The notes under the pieces are model-generated. The model did not search any database. It saw only the letters and a program-made list of their open reading frames with translations, and had not been told where the DNA came from. A stretch of DNA of 64,000 nucleotides from Blasia pusilla (Eukaryota): assembly GCA_050084515.1 (NCBI GenBank), contig CM114271.1, forward strand, positions 2,294,001 through 2,358,000. Reading direction: 5' to 3'. Positions within the stretch are counted from its first letter, which is position 1; each line of letters starts with the position of its first letter. Below are positions 49,701 through 62,844 of the stretch, in pieces. The translations under genes and the position numbers were made by a program.

Positions 49701-52700
49701 GTGTATGGGTGCTATTGGTTAGATACATGTGTTATGCACCGTTATCCATTTCAAATTCCATTCATAGGCTATTTCTTCAAAATTTTGCACAAGGGACAAA
49801 ATTTTATTTTACTCTTAAAAGAATTTATTCATCCACATTCAAAATCAACTTAAAAACACAAAAAATAAGAAAATAATGGAAACATTATTATCTAGAGGAC
49901 TTTCAAAAGAAAAAAAGTGTACCAATTGTACACCCAAAAACTTAAGCATTGAAGAATTGAGAGAGAGAGAGAGAGAGAGAGATTAAACCTTGCATCCATG
50001 GCCTCATGAATCTCTATGACCAAATAGACAAATCAATGTCCTTTGTGGGACACTTCTATGCTTGAGTCTTCTTTAACAAATTCATCATGATTGAAGCTAT
50101 ACATACAACTTATATTCAATACCCTTATTTCTTAAATATAATGGGAATAACATTATTTTATGCATAAATATCATCACAAAACATAAATCATTGTCTCATA
50201 CATACAAACATACAAACATATAGGCACTTACTAACTAACTAAACTTATAAGACACTATCGAAAATCATGGAATGAAAACACGATGTTCCATGCATCACTA
50301 AATCAGAAATTGATCCAAAATTTCCCTTGAAATAAAGAATCCATGTCTAAATATATCGATATTTTTTATAGTACCTTGCCCTAGCCTATGCTTGGAAGCT
50401 TTGACTCTAAAAGGATGAGCCTCTCCCAGCTTCTCCTTGGAATAAACCCCTTTCCAAGCCCCTAAGGCCCCAAAAGGTTGACTAATGCACATTGGTCACC
50501 CCAACATACACAGCACATTACTATCTAATCAAGAACCTCCAAAAAAACTCCAAGAAGGTTTTGAGAAGTCCTCAAAAAGATGAATTGTAACCATAGGCCT
50601 TGAAGGGAGGCTAGTAGGTCATTCATGGCCTCTCCATCCCTAACTACATGCATAACCATATGTCGAGACGCATTATCTACTCTCACTCGACTACGACTAC
50701 CATGAAAACATCCACCATAGCAAACAAAGAAAATGCAAGAAAAAAAATAGACTTTGAATAAATAAGACAATCCCCTCCCCAAAGTAATGAATCAATATGG
50801 ACATATGATTTAGAAGATTAACTTTAAATGGTTGTCACCCTTTGATTGAACACTTAGAATCTCTATTTGAAAACCATAGTTACATCAAATTATTCAAGGG
50901 GAAGGTGATGATTCTGAAGGGAATGGTGAGCACATATTTTGAAGAAAGTATCAAAAAACACTTCTATTGCAAAAGAAATAAACCCATTGGTTGCATATCT
51001 CACATCATCTTATGCCAGAACAAATTTTTTTATCAAAAGGTATCAATGCACGAGTTTGAATTACCTCCCATAATTAAATGTCAAGTATCATTTTAAATCA
51101 ATTGTAAGCAATCTTATTGGCTCTGAAGGCGAGCGACCCTATTGGCTGAAAGTGCCAAGTGTCAACAAGAGAAGAGTTTGAAAAATGAAGGGACACTCTC
51201 CAATAATCAAATCATATTTTCCAATACTCTCTACAAGACTATCCCAATCTTTGATTTATAGATGTTAGAATCTCTTAGGGCTCCACCCTAATGAAAGTTG
51301 AGTAGCTCAAAAAGTGATGTTGTTATTAATTGGAAATAATTCATCAATGCAAACCAGCTAGTTTCCCATCAAAAAATTGCTATCCGAGGGTGCGATAAGG
51401 ACACCGCTCCACTCCTACATCCAATAGCTTTGGATGGAAATTCCCTCACACACCCAAAATTGGTGAAAGACACAATGCCCTAAGCATACGGCTCTTAAGC
51501 TTCATCTCACTATTGTCTTGAGAGGCCAATCTCCCAAATCGTTCATGATTTGCATCAGGCTACATCCTCATATACTCAAACACAAATCTACAATTGAATC
51601 TAAATCATTAAGTGTACCAAAATATCTTATCCAAACTAGATATATTTTTCAATTACTCCCAGTGGACAAGGTTGTAACTAGTTCATAGAAAAGGTCCTAA
51701 CTAGTTAATCCTTTTGTGGCTTTAGGGGTCGATTCCATGCGCAATAGGTCGCGGCACCCCTAGAGGTTAGTGAAAAAAATATTGCTCAAAAATTTTGCGC
51801 ATAAGAAATATCCACAATCGTAGCAACCTTACTAATCCGCCAAACATCATTATGTTCTCTATCGGAAAACAGAAAAATGTATGTAGAAGTTCATCCCACG
51901 ACCATAAAAGGCGTCCATGGAATCATCCCCTTAGGGCCAAATCTCATGTAGACCAAAAATTGACGACCGTAGAAGGTTGCCAATTTTTGTCCACCTAAAA
52001 CTTTTGGGCGTAGACTTGGCCCAACATCCTGGAAACTTGGTTATAACCAAAAATAGTTATTAGAGGGCGTGTATTTTGTCGTATTATCCGTTGGTAAAAT
52101 GTTTTGGATGTACAAATGTGGGTCTCCGCGACTTGTACTCTTGTCCCTATCCCTATACTCTTGTCCATGAGATAGGACTCTTAGTATTCTTGTAATTTTG
52201 TCCCTAACCCTATACTCTTGTCCATGGGATAGGGCTCTTAGTATTCTTTTGAAAGTTTCTATTGTTCCTTCTCTTTAGGGGTTTATACTAAAAGAAATTA
52301 AAAGGTGATGGTCTAAGACAAACGCATAGAGTGGCGTAAAGTAGAGGTGTGGGTTGGGGTGGGGGTACGTGAGTCTCAGTGGCGGTTCGAATGGAGCGAC
52401 CCATTCGCGATTGATTCGCCATTCCAAAAGACGCGCGCTATCATGGCGGCCTGCGCCGCACGCACAGCAAGCACGTGATGCATGTTTCGTTGCGACTCTC
52501 CGACGTCGCGACTCGCGAGTGCTGCGCGAGTTCTCACTGTTTCACACTATCGCCCCTCTTTGTTTTTGTTGCGAGGCTGCGACTCTCTTGACCGGACCGC
52601 AGTTGACCGGAGGTCAGTTGAAGGAAGGACAAGCCTCGAGGTTCGCGAAATCCGGATATTTCTGGCGGTACCGTCGCTGGATACCTCTGGAGTCTGGAGG

Positions 52701-54301
52701 GACTAGAGTGGTCGCGTCACTCTGCGGCGCTCTACTAGGGAAACGGAAGGTTCTTATATTCTTCCCAACGTCCTTAGGTCTAGGACGGCATCTAGAGAAA
52801 GAATCAGCGACGATTCTCCCGTTCGTCCGTCCGTCCGTCCGCATTCCGCACGTACGGAGACCGATTTCCGATTCACTTGTCCCGTTCGATTGACCCTGTA
52901 ACCATTGCTACTACCGTCCAATTCCTAACCTCGACTTCTACGGTAGAGCCGTAACCCCTACTGTGGTAAGGCTACGGGAAGATTGACTGTCCGAGTAGAG
53001 CTACGGAGGAGAGTCGTCGTTAGTCGTAAAAGACTTTAGGTTCGCTTCCGGTAAAGTTTGACCTGTGCACAGACCTACCTACCTGACTGTGTCTGCGCTA
53101 GTCTAGCAGAGCAGGCCGCCTCCTCCTCCGCTAGATTTGCTGACCAACCGCTTTCCCGTCAATATATAGAGGCGCATAGACATTGCGACGGGAGTCACGG
53201 GAATGGTTTGTTTCGAGGGCATATAGTTTTAATGGGTTTTTCCAATTATTTTTTTAATTTAATTGATTTTTTTGCAATTCTAGATTTTTAATCAACATCC
53301 CATATTTCAGCTCTTTGGTTTCAAATTATCTTTTGGCCTTAGAAATTTTCATTTATTTCTCACTCTTCATTAAAAATAATACTCAGTCCACTATTAGTAG
53401 TCTTTTCCTACATAACGACTTCCCTTCCCCCCAAGATTCAAACAAGATCTCTTTCCTTCCTCTAAATTTTACACCTATCAAAGTGTCAAACCTCGAAGGA
53501 TAATTAAGAATCAAAATAGTAAGTGTGTTATTATTTTGTTTTATTGGACATGTCATGTTAACTAAAATAAAATGGAATTTTACTAAGTTTTCTTGACAAG
53601 ATGTGCATTTAATGGGCTTTTCTAGATGTTTACTACCAACTTTTTGGAATTTTGAAAAGGTCTTTTTCGATCTGTTGTCTTAAAGTAATTTTTGGATTTA
53701 GAAATCTAAGATTTTAACACTCTTACTAAACTATTAGGATATATCAATTATCTCCCTCTTCCAATACTTTCATAATTTTAAAAAAAAAAAGAAAAAGAAA
53801 TAATAGAATTTGTGTTGTTGCAAGGAGGATGTTGGCTACTTCCAATGGAGAATGGAGTCACTCTTAGGGCTTCAAAGAGAGTAGCTATGCAAGTATTCCA
53901 TGGGACTACATTTATGGATGCAAGTTAAAGTTTACGGTTATTGAAATTCCCTATTATTCCTTAAGAGGCCCTTTATAAACTCAACATACTTGAGAGGCCT
54001 TTAACTGCTTGACCAAGTCAAAATAATACATTGAATTAGTTGGACCGATGAATTTGTAAGAGAACTTTGTGCACCATAGAAGTATTTTTGGAATTTTCTT
54101 AGGTGTGTAGTGGTGATAAGTCAAGTGAGAGACATAGGTTTTGGCACAAAGTCTTCTATTGATTTGTTCATGCATGTGAGGGGGCCTATGAAACATAGCT
54201 ATCTCATAGAGGGCCACTCAAGCAATTATTTATGCGAAGAATGCCAGATCTTGTTACTTAGAGCTAGCCCATAACACATTTAGCTATGTGGATATGGAGA
54301 G

Positions 54302-54658
54302 TGACATGTGCATACACATCGCTACATAATCCATGTCATTGGTCACATTCACACCACACAACACCGATCTTCCCAACACACGCGTAGATCCACATCCATA
54401 CAAGAATAAACTCATATGTGACCACACAACACAATCAGAGTAAATATGGCTAACACGACTAACTCCACTCTCGGATCTTCATTGGCATATCGAGCCACAT
54501 CCACCCTTCATTATGAGGGATAAAAAAACCACCTAGTTGAAAAAAAAGCAAAAGAAGGGCAAATACTGTCAGAAACGACACTTTTCCCAAACAACCCATT
54601 GACCCTCTATGTCATCGCTATAGTATAACTCTACTTGTCGGCTAATTAAGATGTGACA
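54302..54658 (-). mobile_element. Short degenerate solo unit related to the 15812-16426 family
   Basis: 54302-54416 is the reverse complement of the B end of the 15812-16426 unit (caccacacaacaccgatcttcc). The other end reads TGTCACATCT in element sense. Perfect 4-bp TSD AGAG (54298-54301, 54659-54662). Confidence 0.8.
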
Positions 54659-56839
54659 AGAGTCTTGGCATCTTCCTTAGTTCTATAGGTGTCAAGAGCT
54701 AAAATTCTTTGTAAAGCCCACAAATAGAAACTAAGAACTTTCCACTTGCTTGAAAACTAGTTAAAAGAAATTCCTATTTAATCTTGGGAATTTTTTAATG
54801 AAAAAATAAAAATAAAAATAAAGCAATTAAATTGTAGAAACTCCACTTTGGACATAGATTTGGTCCAAAACAAAGTTGGGTTGATCTTAACACCTATTTC
54901 CTATTGGAAGATCACTATCAATTTATCAAAGCTCATATTATATGTTTTGTCACAAGTTTATTACCATCGAGGCTTGCATCTACTAGCATCGAAGTCAATT
55001 ATTAGAAATTCAGAAATTTGGTCCATTTGAAAAAAGAAAAAACTTGGTCCATATGAAAAACAAAAAACCTTGGGAAAATTACGATAGGAAAACCATATAT
55101 CCTTTCTTCCTTTTTTTAAACAAGTAAAATCATCTATGTAATCTTCAAGATCTACAATTCTTTAACAAAAAAAACCTAAGCATCAACCATATTCTACTTC
55201 TGCAAATGATCCTTGTCTCATGTATTGGGCTTTCCTCATGAATAATTAGCTAAGCTATCTTCTAATTAATTAAGATGTAGATTTTTAAAAAATTGAGCTC
55301 AAATATTATGGTTGAATTTGAATGGTCAACAATTATTGGATTGGTACTCTCCATGCCCATACCATCAAGCAATAGGAGGGATGAAAACAAAGACGATATG
55401 AGTCATAGGGCTTGGGAATATTTGTTTGACTATTCCAATTTTCCTCTAGTGAAAAATCTTGTATGTCATTTTCCAAGATTTTTCACCAGAGGAAAATTGG
55501 AAATAAACCAAAGTTTCTCAATACTTCCAATAGTGGTTATTTTCTAAATTAAAAAAAAACCAACATTGGAAGTATTGAGAAACTTTATGAGTTGCTTCAA
55601 AAAAATTTAGAAATTAAATCAAACAATTTTACAAAAAATAAACTCTTGATAATTGTAATAATAATCTCAAGCTTTTTTTAATGCATGATCATTTTCTGAA
55701 AAATTTTATGAGTAAGCATGTAGAAGTAATATACATTCTCCCACCTTATGTCTTCATGTTAGCCTTTTTATTTTATAAAATTATGTACATTTTTCATGTG
55801 ATGCGTCCATAGATTATCCATGTCTTACTTATTTGACCCCTTTAGTGAGCTTTGACACCCTCCTACTACCATGTCTCAATGTTAGCGAGAATGTTTGGCA
55901 CTATGTGGATATTTTTGGATTTAATGAGTCTAGTTCTATACCAGTGCTTTTCATGGAGCTTTTTGACACCCCCTTATTAATTGGCATCAAGCTTGGTAGG
56001 AATTTGCACTAATCCATGGACATTTATGACTCTCATTAATCTAATCCCTTCTAAACGCCCTTTATGGAGTTTTTGCACCATATATCAATGCATCTCAACT
56101 TGACAAGAATGTGTAGATGTGTAGCGTCACCTCAAACCCATTTTTGGAGCATAAGATGCATTAACACCATGTATAAATGCGTCTCAAGCTTTGTGATAAT
56201 GTTTGGACGTTTCTTGCTCTCATAAGTGTAGTTTCACCTCAAAACCCTTTATGGACATGTCTTGACTCTTGAACTACGCAAGAATGGAAGGCGTTGTGTG
56301 GATGTTTATGGCTCTAAAGAGTGTGGTAAGATGAAGTTAGTTACAACTCCATTGCATCAAGGTTGAAATTTTTGAAAAATCTCCAATTTTTCTATATTGT
56401 GTCATGTGATGATGTCATGAGCCCGTCAATGGTCATGTGGTAAAATGTGTGAGCATGTTATTGATTTGGGCTATATTTGGGGGAAAGGCTTTTTTGACTC
56501 TTCTTAAGGGTATATGAAGAGAGGAGATAACTTTCAAAAGCCATATTTCTTATGTTGAGCCTTTGCAACATGAGAAATATATAGGAGTTAGAGTATTAGG
56601 GTTCAAATTCCCCCATGACGAGGGGTGAATGTGACTTGACGATCATATGTACTTTCAAGAATGTAGTTGGCTGTTTGCGCAAAATTTATACTTCTACTTG
56701 TGTGTGTCTTGGTATACATACGTGTGCATTTTCTATGAGTACAAATCTTCTCACACATTGGAAAGATTCATGATGTTTGTTGTATGTGCGTGAACTATGA
56801 TCTAGCTTGTGTAGTGAATGCGGACAATAAAATGCGTGT

Positions 56840-58310
56840 GGAGCTTTGACATACATACCCCTTTCAATGCATCTCAAGCTTGACAGGAAATGACCATCAT
56901 CAAAGGCAACACATCCCCCCTTCTTCATATAAACTTGTCTCAACCTTGGCAAGATATGACTATTACCAAAGCTGTTTTTGGAGCTTTGACACTGCCTATC
57001 ATCGCATCTCAAACTTGGCAAGAAATGGCCATCATCAAAGCGCATAGAGAGCTTTGACACCCCTTATCAACCCATCTCCAACTTGGCAAGAAATGACCAT
57101 CATCAAACCGCATAAGGAGCTTTGACACCCCCTATCAATGCATCTCCAACTTGGCTAGAAATGGCCATCATCAAAATGCATAAGGAGCGTTGATATCCCC
57201 TATCAACCCATCTCCAACTTGGATAGAAATGGCAATCATCAAAACGCATTAGGAGCTTTGACACCCCCTATCCCCCATCTCCAACTTGGCAAGAAATGGC
57301 CATCATCAAAACGCATTAGGAGCATTGACACCCCCTATCAACCCATCTCCAACTAAGCAAGAAATGACCGTCATCAAAACACATAAAGAGCTTTGGCTAG
57401 AAATGGCCATCATCAAAACACATGAGGAGCTTTGACACTCCCTATTCCCCCATCTCCAACTCGACAAGAAATGACCATTACCAAAACGCATAAGGAGCTT
57501 TGGCAAGAAATGGCCATCATCAAAACGCATAAGGAGCTTTGACACCCACCCCCCATCAACCCATCTTCAACTAAACAAGAAATGACCATCATCAAAACAC
57601 ATAAAGAGCTTTGGCAAGAAATGATCATCATCAAAACACGTGAGGAGCTTTGACACGCCCTATTCCCCCATCTCCAACTCGACAAGAAATGACCATCACC
57701 AAAACTCATAAAGAACTTTGGTAAGAAATGGCCATCATCAAAACCCATAAGGAGCACCCACCCATGAACCCATCTCCAACTCGGCAAGAAATGACCATCA
57801 CCAAAATGCATAAGGAGCTTTGGCAAGAAATGGCCATCACAAAAATGCATAAGGAGCTTTGGCAAGAAATGGCCATCACAAAAATGCATAAGGAGCTTTG
57901 GCAAGAAATGGCCATCATCAAAACACATAAGGAGCTTTGATACCCACCCATGAACCCATCTCCAACTCCGCAAGAAATGACCATCACCAAATGCATAAGG
58001 AGCTTTGGCAAGAAATGGCCATCATCAAAACACATAAGGAGCTTTGACACCCACCCATGAACCCATCTCCAACTCGGCAAGAAATGACCATCACCAAAAT
58101 GCATAAGGAGCTTTGGCAAGAAATGGCCATCACAAAAATGCATAAGGAGCTTTGGCAAGAAGTGGCCATCACAAAAATGCATAAGGAGCTTTGGCAAGAA
58201 ATGGCCATCATCAAAACGCATAAGGAGGTTTGACACCCCCCGTCAACCCATCTCCAACTAAGCAACAAATGACCATCATCAAAGCGCAAACGGAGCTTTG
58301 ACACCCCCGA
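56840..58310. repeat. Minisatellite array with interleaved ~39-bp and ~66-bp units
   Basis: The core GGAGCTTTG(acacccc...catctccaactYg)GCAAGAAATG(G/A)CCATCATCAAAAC(G/A)CATAA is repeated many times. Decayed copies extend left to about 55830. Confidence 0.92.
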
Positions 58311-58671
58311 AAAGCATTAGCCATTTTCAAACCCTCTCGTTTATGGCTCCCTGTCAACGCGTCCGCAGCGTCGCAGAAACGTGCGGCGCTGGAGACGCTT
58401 CCGGCTCTCCCGAGTCATTGAGTCCATTGCAGTGCAGTGATTGAGTGCATGAACGGACGCCAGAGCAGAGGATTGGGAACTAAAAGCTCCTTCCGGTGCA
58501 GACGCGCAGAGACTGCAGATTTCTTCGTGCGATTGGTTTTGTTCGCTTCTCTGGTGCTCGCGGCGGAGCACGCTCTTCGTGGACCGGTAGAGTAGACGAG
58601 AGTTGCGAGCGGAGAAGCGGAAGAAGAAGAGAAGAGAAGAGGGAGAGAGAGTGAGAGGAAAATCGGAAGCT

Positions 58672-61600
58672 ATGAGGTCGCGCGTGGCATCATCTGTGAT
58701 TCGGGCCTTCCGTGGTGCCGCGTCTTCGCGGGCAGCGGCTTCGACTCTTTCCGGAGGTGAGATGTTTCGCTTGTGCGGCCGTCGCTTGGCGGGCGTGTGT
58801 TTGACGATCCGTGTGCGGGTTTATTGCATCAGGATTTCAGCGAATTGTGTGGAGAAGATGCAGCTGGATATCGTTGTTTGGATGGGAAATACTGAGCCGA
58901 TGATAGTGGTGTAGGCGGAGTGGTGGATGGCTGTTTGGTCTGATTTTAGATCTGGACGAGTCTATGTCGTAGACGAGGTGTGGTTTTGGATTATGCCATA
59001 AGGCAGAAAGCAGCTGCGACTGCAACTCGCGGGATCTGCTTACTGGATCCGTGAGGTGTGACTCGCTCCGTCGTGTTTTCAGATTTGCCAGCAGCTAATG
59101 GCCCGAGGCGTCTGAGCACGAGTGTAGAAATTGTGAAGCCGGAGAAGCATGCTCACTCCCTTTCGCATTTCGTGTGATACGTCGGTTGTTCGATCTGTGT
59201 CGATGCAATTATCTGCCCTCCTGTACCGAAAAAGGAAAAGAGAGGAGAAACGAAAGCAGTAGATGGAGAGTCTGATGTGAGCTCGTAACCAGTCCCTTTT
59301 TTGCGAGGTTTCGACTCGCATGGTGAGTCTAAGTGTCCTCGTCGCTGGCAGTTTGAAGGCCATTGGAGGGTCCTCTTAGATTAAACTGCTTCGTGTTCGC
59401 AAGTCGCCCCGCACTCACTAAACCTGCTGTTTCAACTGGAAAATCTACGAGCTAGTTGTTAGTAACTTGAGCGTCAACTGTGCAGTCTTAATCGAGCGAA
59501 TAAAACGCTTGTAGTTCGATTATTGTAGTTCTGTCTCACATGTTTCTCTCGAAGAAAGATAGCAAATAGACTCCGAGCAGAAGACGATGTGCCGATGCAT
59601 GTCGATGCACTCTACTTTCCTTACTTACAGACGCACTATCCGATGGATTGAACTTCTATTCTTGAGACTCTAGCGCATGTGGTGCTCCTGAATGTCACAT
59701 GACGGTGTGAGCGCTAGTGCGACTTCTTCCGAGAGCGACCGTGCTATAGGATCCCCCAAAAGGAGATTTGGCGCATCAGCCCTTGTGCCATTATTATGAG
59801 GCACATGGCCAGTTTCATGGATCGAGCAGTTTCTTTTCTGTCCTTTCTCGTTCTCAATGTCCTCGTGTGAATGGGAAGGATCGGATCAGTCTCTATTTCA
59901 ATTCGCTCCACCATTCCTACTGAGAAGGAATCCTGTACAGAATGTACCATTCTTACCATACTTTTAGAGGCATTCGCCTTTACGTCTCTTCACGTGCCCC
60001 GCGCAGTGCCGCACCTGAAATCCGACCTTTGCAAATTGAAGTAGGCCATGAGTACCACTATCGTACTGATCTCGCACGATTGTTGTAAAAAGAGGGAGAG
60101 AGAGAGAGAGCGAACAGACATGTTTTGCGAGCGGTTAGATCTTGCCAACCCTATCATTTGCAGAGCTCTAAAAAATTGGACAACGAATTGCGTTTTTTCT
60201 CTCAGATGAGAGAGCACTTATCAGGCAACTGTTGAGCTTTGATCTGGAAGACTGATTTTCTGTAATTTGGTGCAGATGGAAGAGCAATTATGTCGGCTGC
60301 CGCCTGCAGGCACTCCGGAGTGGCACCTGCGGTTGCTATGGGTAGATCAGGATCTACCAAATTTGGAAGCTGGATCGCTGCTGCTGCATTTTTACCTGCA
60401 ACCGGTTGGTCTCCACCATTTCTTCATTTCCAACCGAACCATGCTGCCACTCCACCCTCAATTTTTTTGTTACTGGCTATGTGTGCTCGGTGCTTTGCAC
60501 ATACCCTCAACGATTTTCAAGTTCTTGTCTCAACATCTCAATTTCGCCTGCCTGATCTGCCTGTTAAGATACCACTCTTCAACATTTCAGGCTTCAACCA
60601 GCCAAGAACGCGCCGTTCTATTTTATTTATATGTTAATTGATAGATGGATAAGTAGGTGACTTCACGTTTGGTTTCTCAGGATTTCCTAATGGGATAATA
60701 GCGAAACATGCAGGACCTGTTCAATTATTTTTACAAATTCTTTTCAAATATGCCGATCTGCATTTTTCAACAGACATCAACACTTGAGGCTTTTACAAGT
60801 CCAGAACATAGCTAGTGTAATATTATAGATAGATGGAGTGAAATCTTGGGGTCTCTGTTAGGATAAGAGCATAACTTGCTGGACAAGTCTAATCCTACTA
60901 ATTCTTTATGGAGTAGTAGTATGAAGGACTAATGTTCCATTTTGGACCATTGCAGTCTACACCTTTCAGGATCAAGAACTTTCGGCCGCTGAGGTACTTC
61001 TAACACGAACTCACTTTTTTCCCGCTCTAAAGAAGTTGGAGTCGATGGGATGATGAAATTCACTATTGGTTTATAGTTTGATCGAGAGGTGCAATCGATT
61101 TATCTTAGCATGCTCACAATCGAGTGGTGGTCTTTATGTTTCATCTTACAGATTGAGCGCACATTCATCGCAATCAAGCCAGATGGTGTGCAACGAGGCC
61201 TGGTATTTTGTGCCTCACTTGTGCTATTGCCATTTTTGCTTTCTATTCAGTAGCGTTATGATGTAAAAATTCAAAGGACGTTAACATCCAGAGAATGATG
61301 CAAGAATTTGATCTTGTGCAGATCTCTGAGATCATTGCTAAGTTCGAGAAGAAGGGCTACAAGCTGGTTGGAGTGAAGTTGGTGCAGCCAACAAAGGAAT
61401 TTGCAGAGAAGCACTACGATGACCTTAAGGGACGTCCTTTCTTCAACGGTTTAACTGACTTTCTCAGCTCTGGCCCAGTTGTTGCAATGGTGAGTGTGAC
61501 TTTGTGGTGGTTAAAAACTACCTAGGGTAAATGTCCTCTCCCTGCAAGTAGATTACGGTAATGATGATGCTTGATTTATGAGGAGTTCCTCACCTAGACT

Positions 61601-62844
61601 AGATCGTGGAAAGAACATACTAAAGTACTAAAAAATGTGGAATGTTTCCCAGCACAAGGGATACAGCCATATCCTGCCTGCACTGGTCACCTATCACAGA
61701 AGCAAGCTTGAAAATGTCATTCAAATCAGTGCACTGATTTAGTCGTGTCCGTCACACGGATGGAGCACACACACTGCACTCTGGCTCGAGGGTGCTTTTC
61801 ACTAAGGAGACCACTCCTTACATAGTACTTCTCACTAATGATCAAGATAGACGGCACTCATGAAATAGAGCCTGCCTCAGAATCGAGCAACTGGATAGCA
61901 GGATAAAACTGTCAGTCTACTAGCATTTGTCTCAGAAATTAATGGCAGAGAAGAGAGATGAGAGTAGCGTTCAGGATTTGGTGTGACAAGCTTGGGCAAG
62001 AATTGTAGTGTATCGTGGGTAACTCTTGATTTACCTGCAAGACGGAACTGAGTTCCAAGTTCTTCAATGCAATGCGCGGAGACTAACCCACCTGCCAGCT
62101 TTTGGCACTGATGACAGTGGTTGAGGTCTAACTTCCTCCCTGATGAATGTAGTTGTGACCTATTCTTTCAGTTAGAAAACCAAAGGTTTCACTGGAGTTA
62201 GTTTGTTGAAAGTGGTCGATGTAAAAGTGCGCCTGTAGTAGTCTTGAGACATCAACATAAAGAAGCAAGTGATTCATAGTATGCTTTTTGGCATAAAGGA
62301 AATCAATCTTTGCAAGCAACCTCCAAAGTTGAATAGCTGATTTCTCCACTATTCCACTCGTAAAGTATTGGAAGCCTCTTACACTGTCACGTTCATTGGA
62401 ACTCTTGTAGGTTTGGGAAGGTCAAGGTGTTATTAAATACGGGCGGAAGTTTATCGGGGCAACTGCTCCCCTGGCATCAGAGCCCGGAACAATCCGAGGG
62501 GATTATGCAATTTCAGTTGGAAGGTACTTGTGATTTGATTCGCATGTGCATCGGTCGATGGTTCAACTCCTACCAGACTTCCACCTGCCTCTGTTTCTTA
62601 CACTTTGATTAGAGCTTTTGCATAGCATTCCTTGTTTTCAAGTGGGGCTTGATTTTGTGCTAGTGAGCTACTGTGGTGACATGCCTTCACTTTCGTGAAA
62701 CTAACTGAGATATTTGCCCAATGCAGGAACATCATTCATGGTAGTGATGGACCAGAAACTGCAAAGGATGAAATCAACCTATGGTTCAAGCCAGAGGAGA
62801 TCCTCTCTTACAAAAAGGAGACTGACAAATGGCTATATGAGTAG
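58672..62844 (+). CDS. NDPK3: Nucleoside diphosphate kinase, organellar (NDPK3/III type), 7 coding exons
   Basis: Transit-like N-terminus [15 protein letters not shown]. Exons [32 protein letters not shown]...[27 protein letters not shown]...PGTIRGD and NIIHGSD (catalytic His)...KWLYE-stop. Confidence 0.93.

Noticed and set aside
56840-58310. CRISPR-like array or repeat-protein ORFs (57413-58304)
   Set aside because: There are no unique spacers, the context is eukaryotic, and the ORFs follow from 39-bp unit periodicity.
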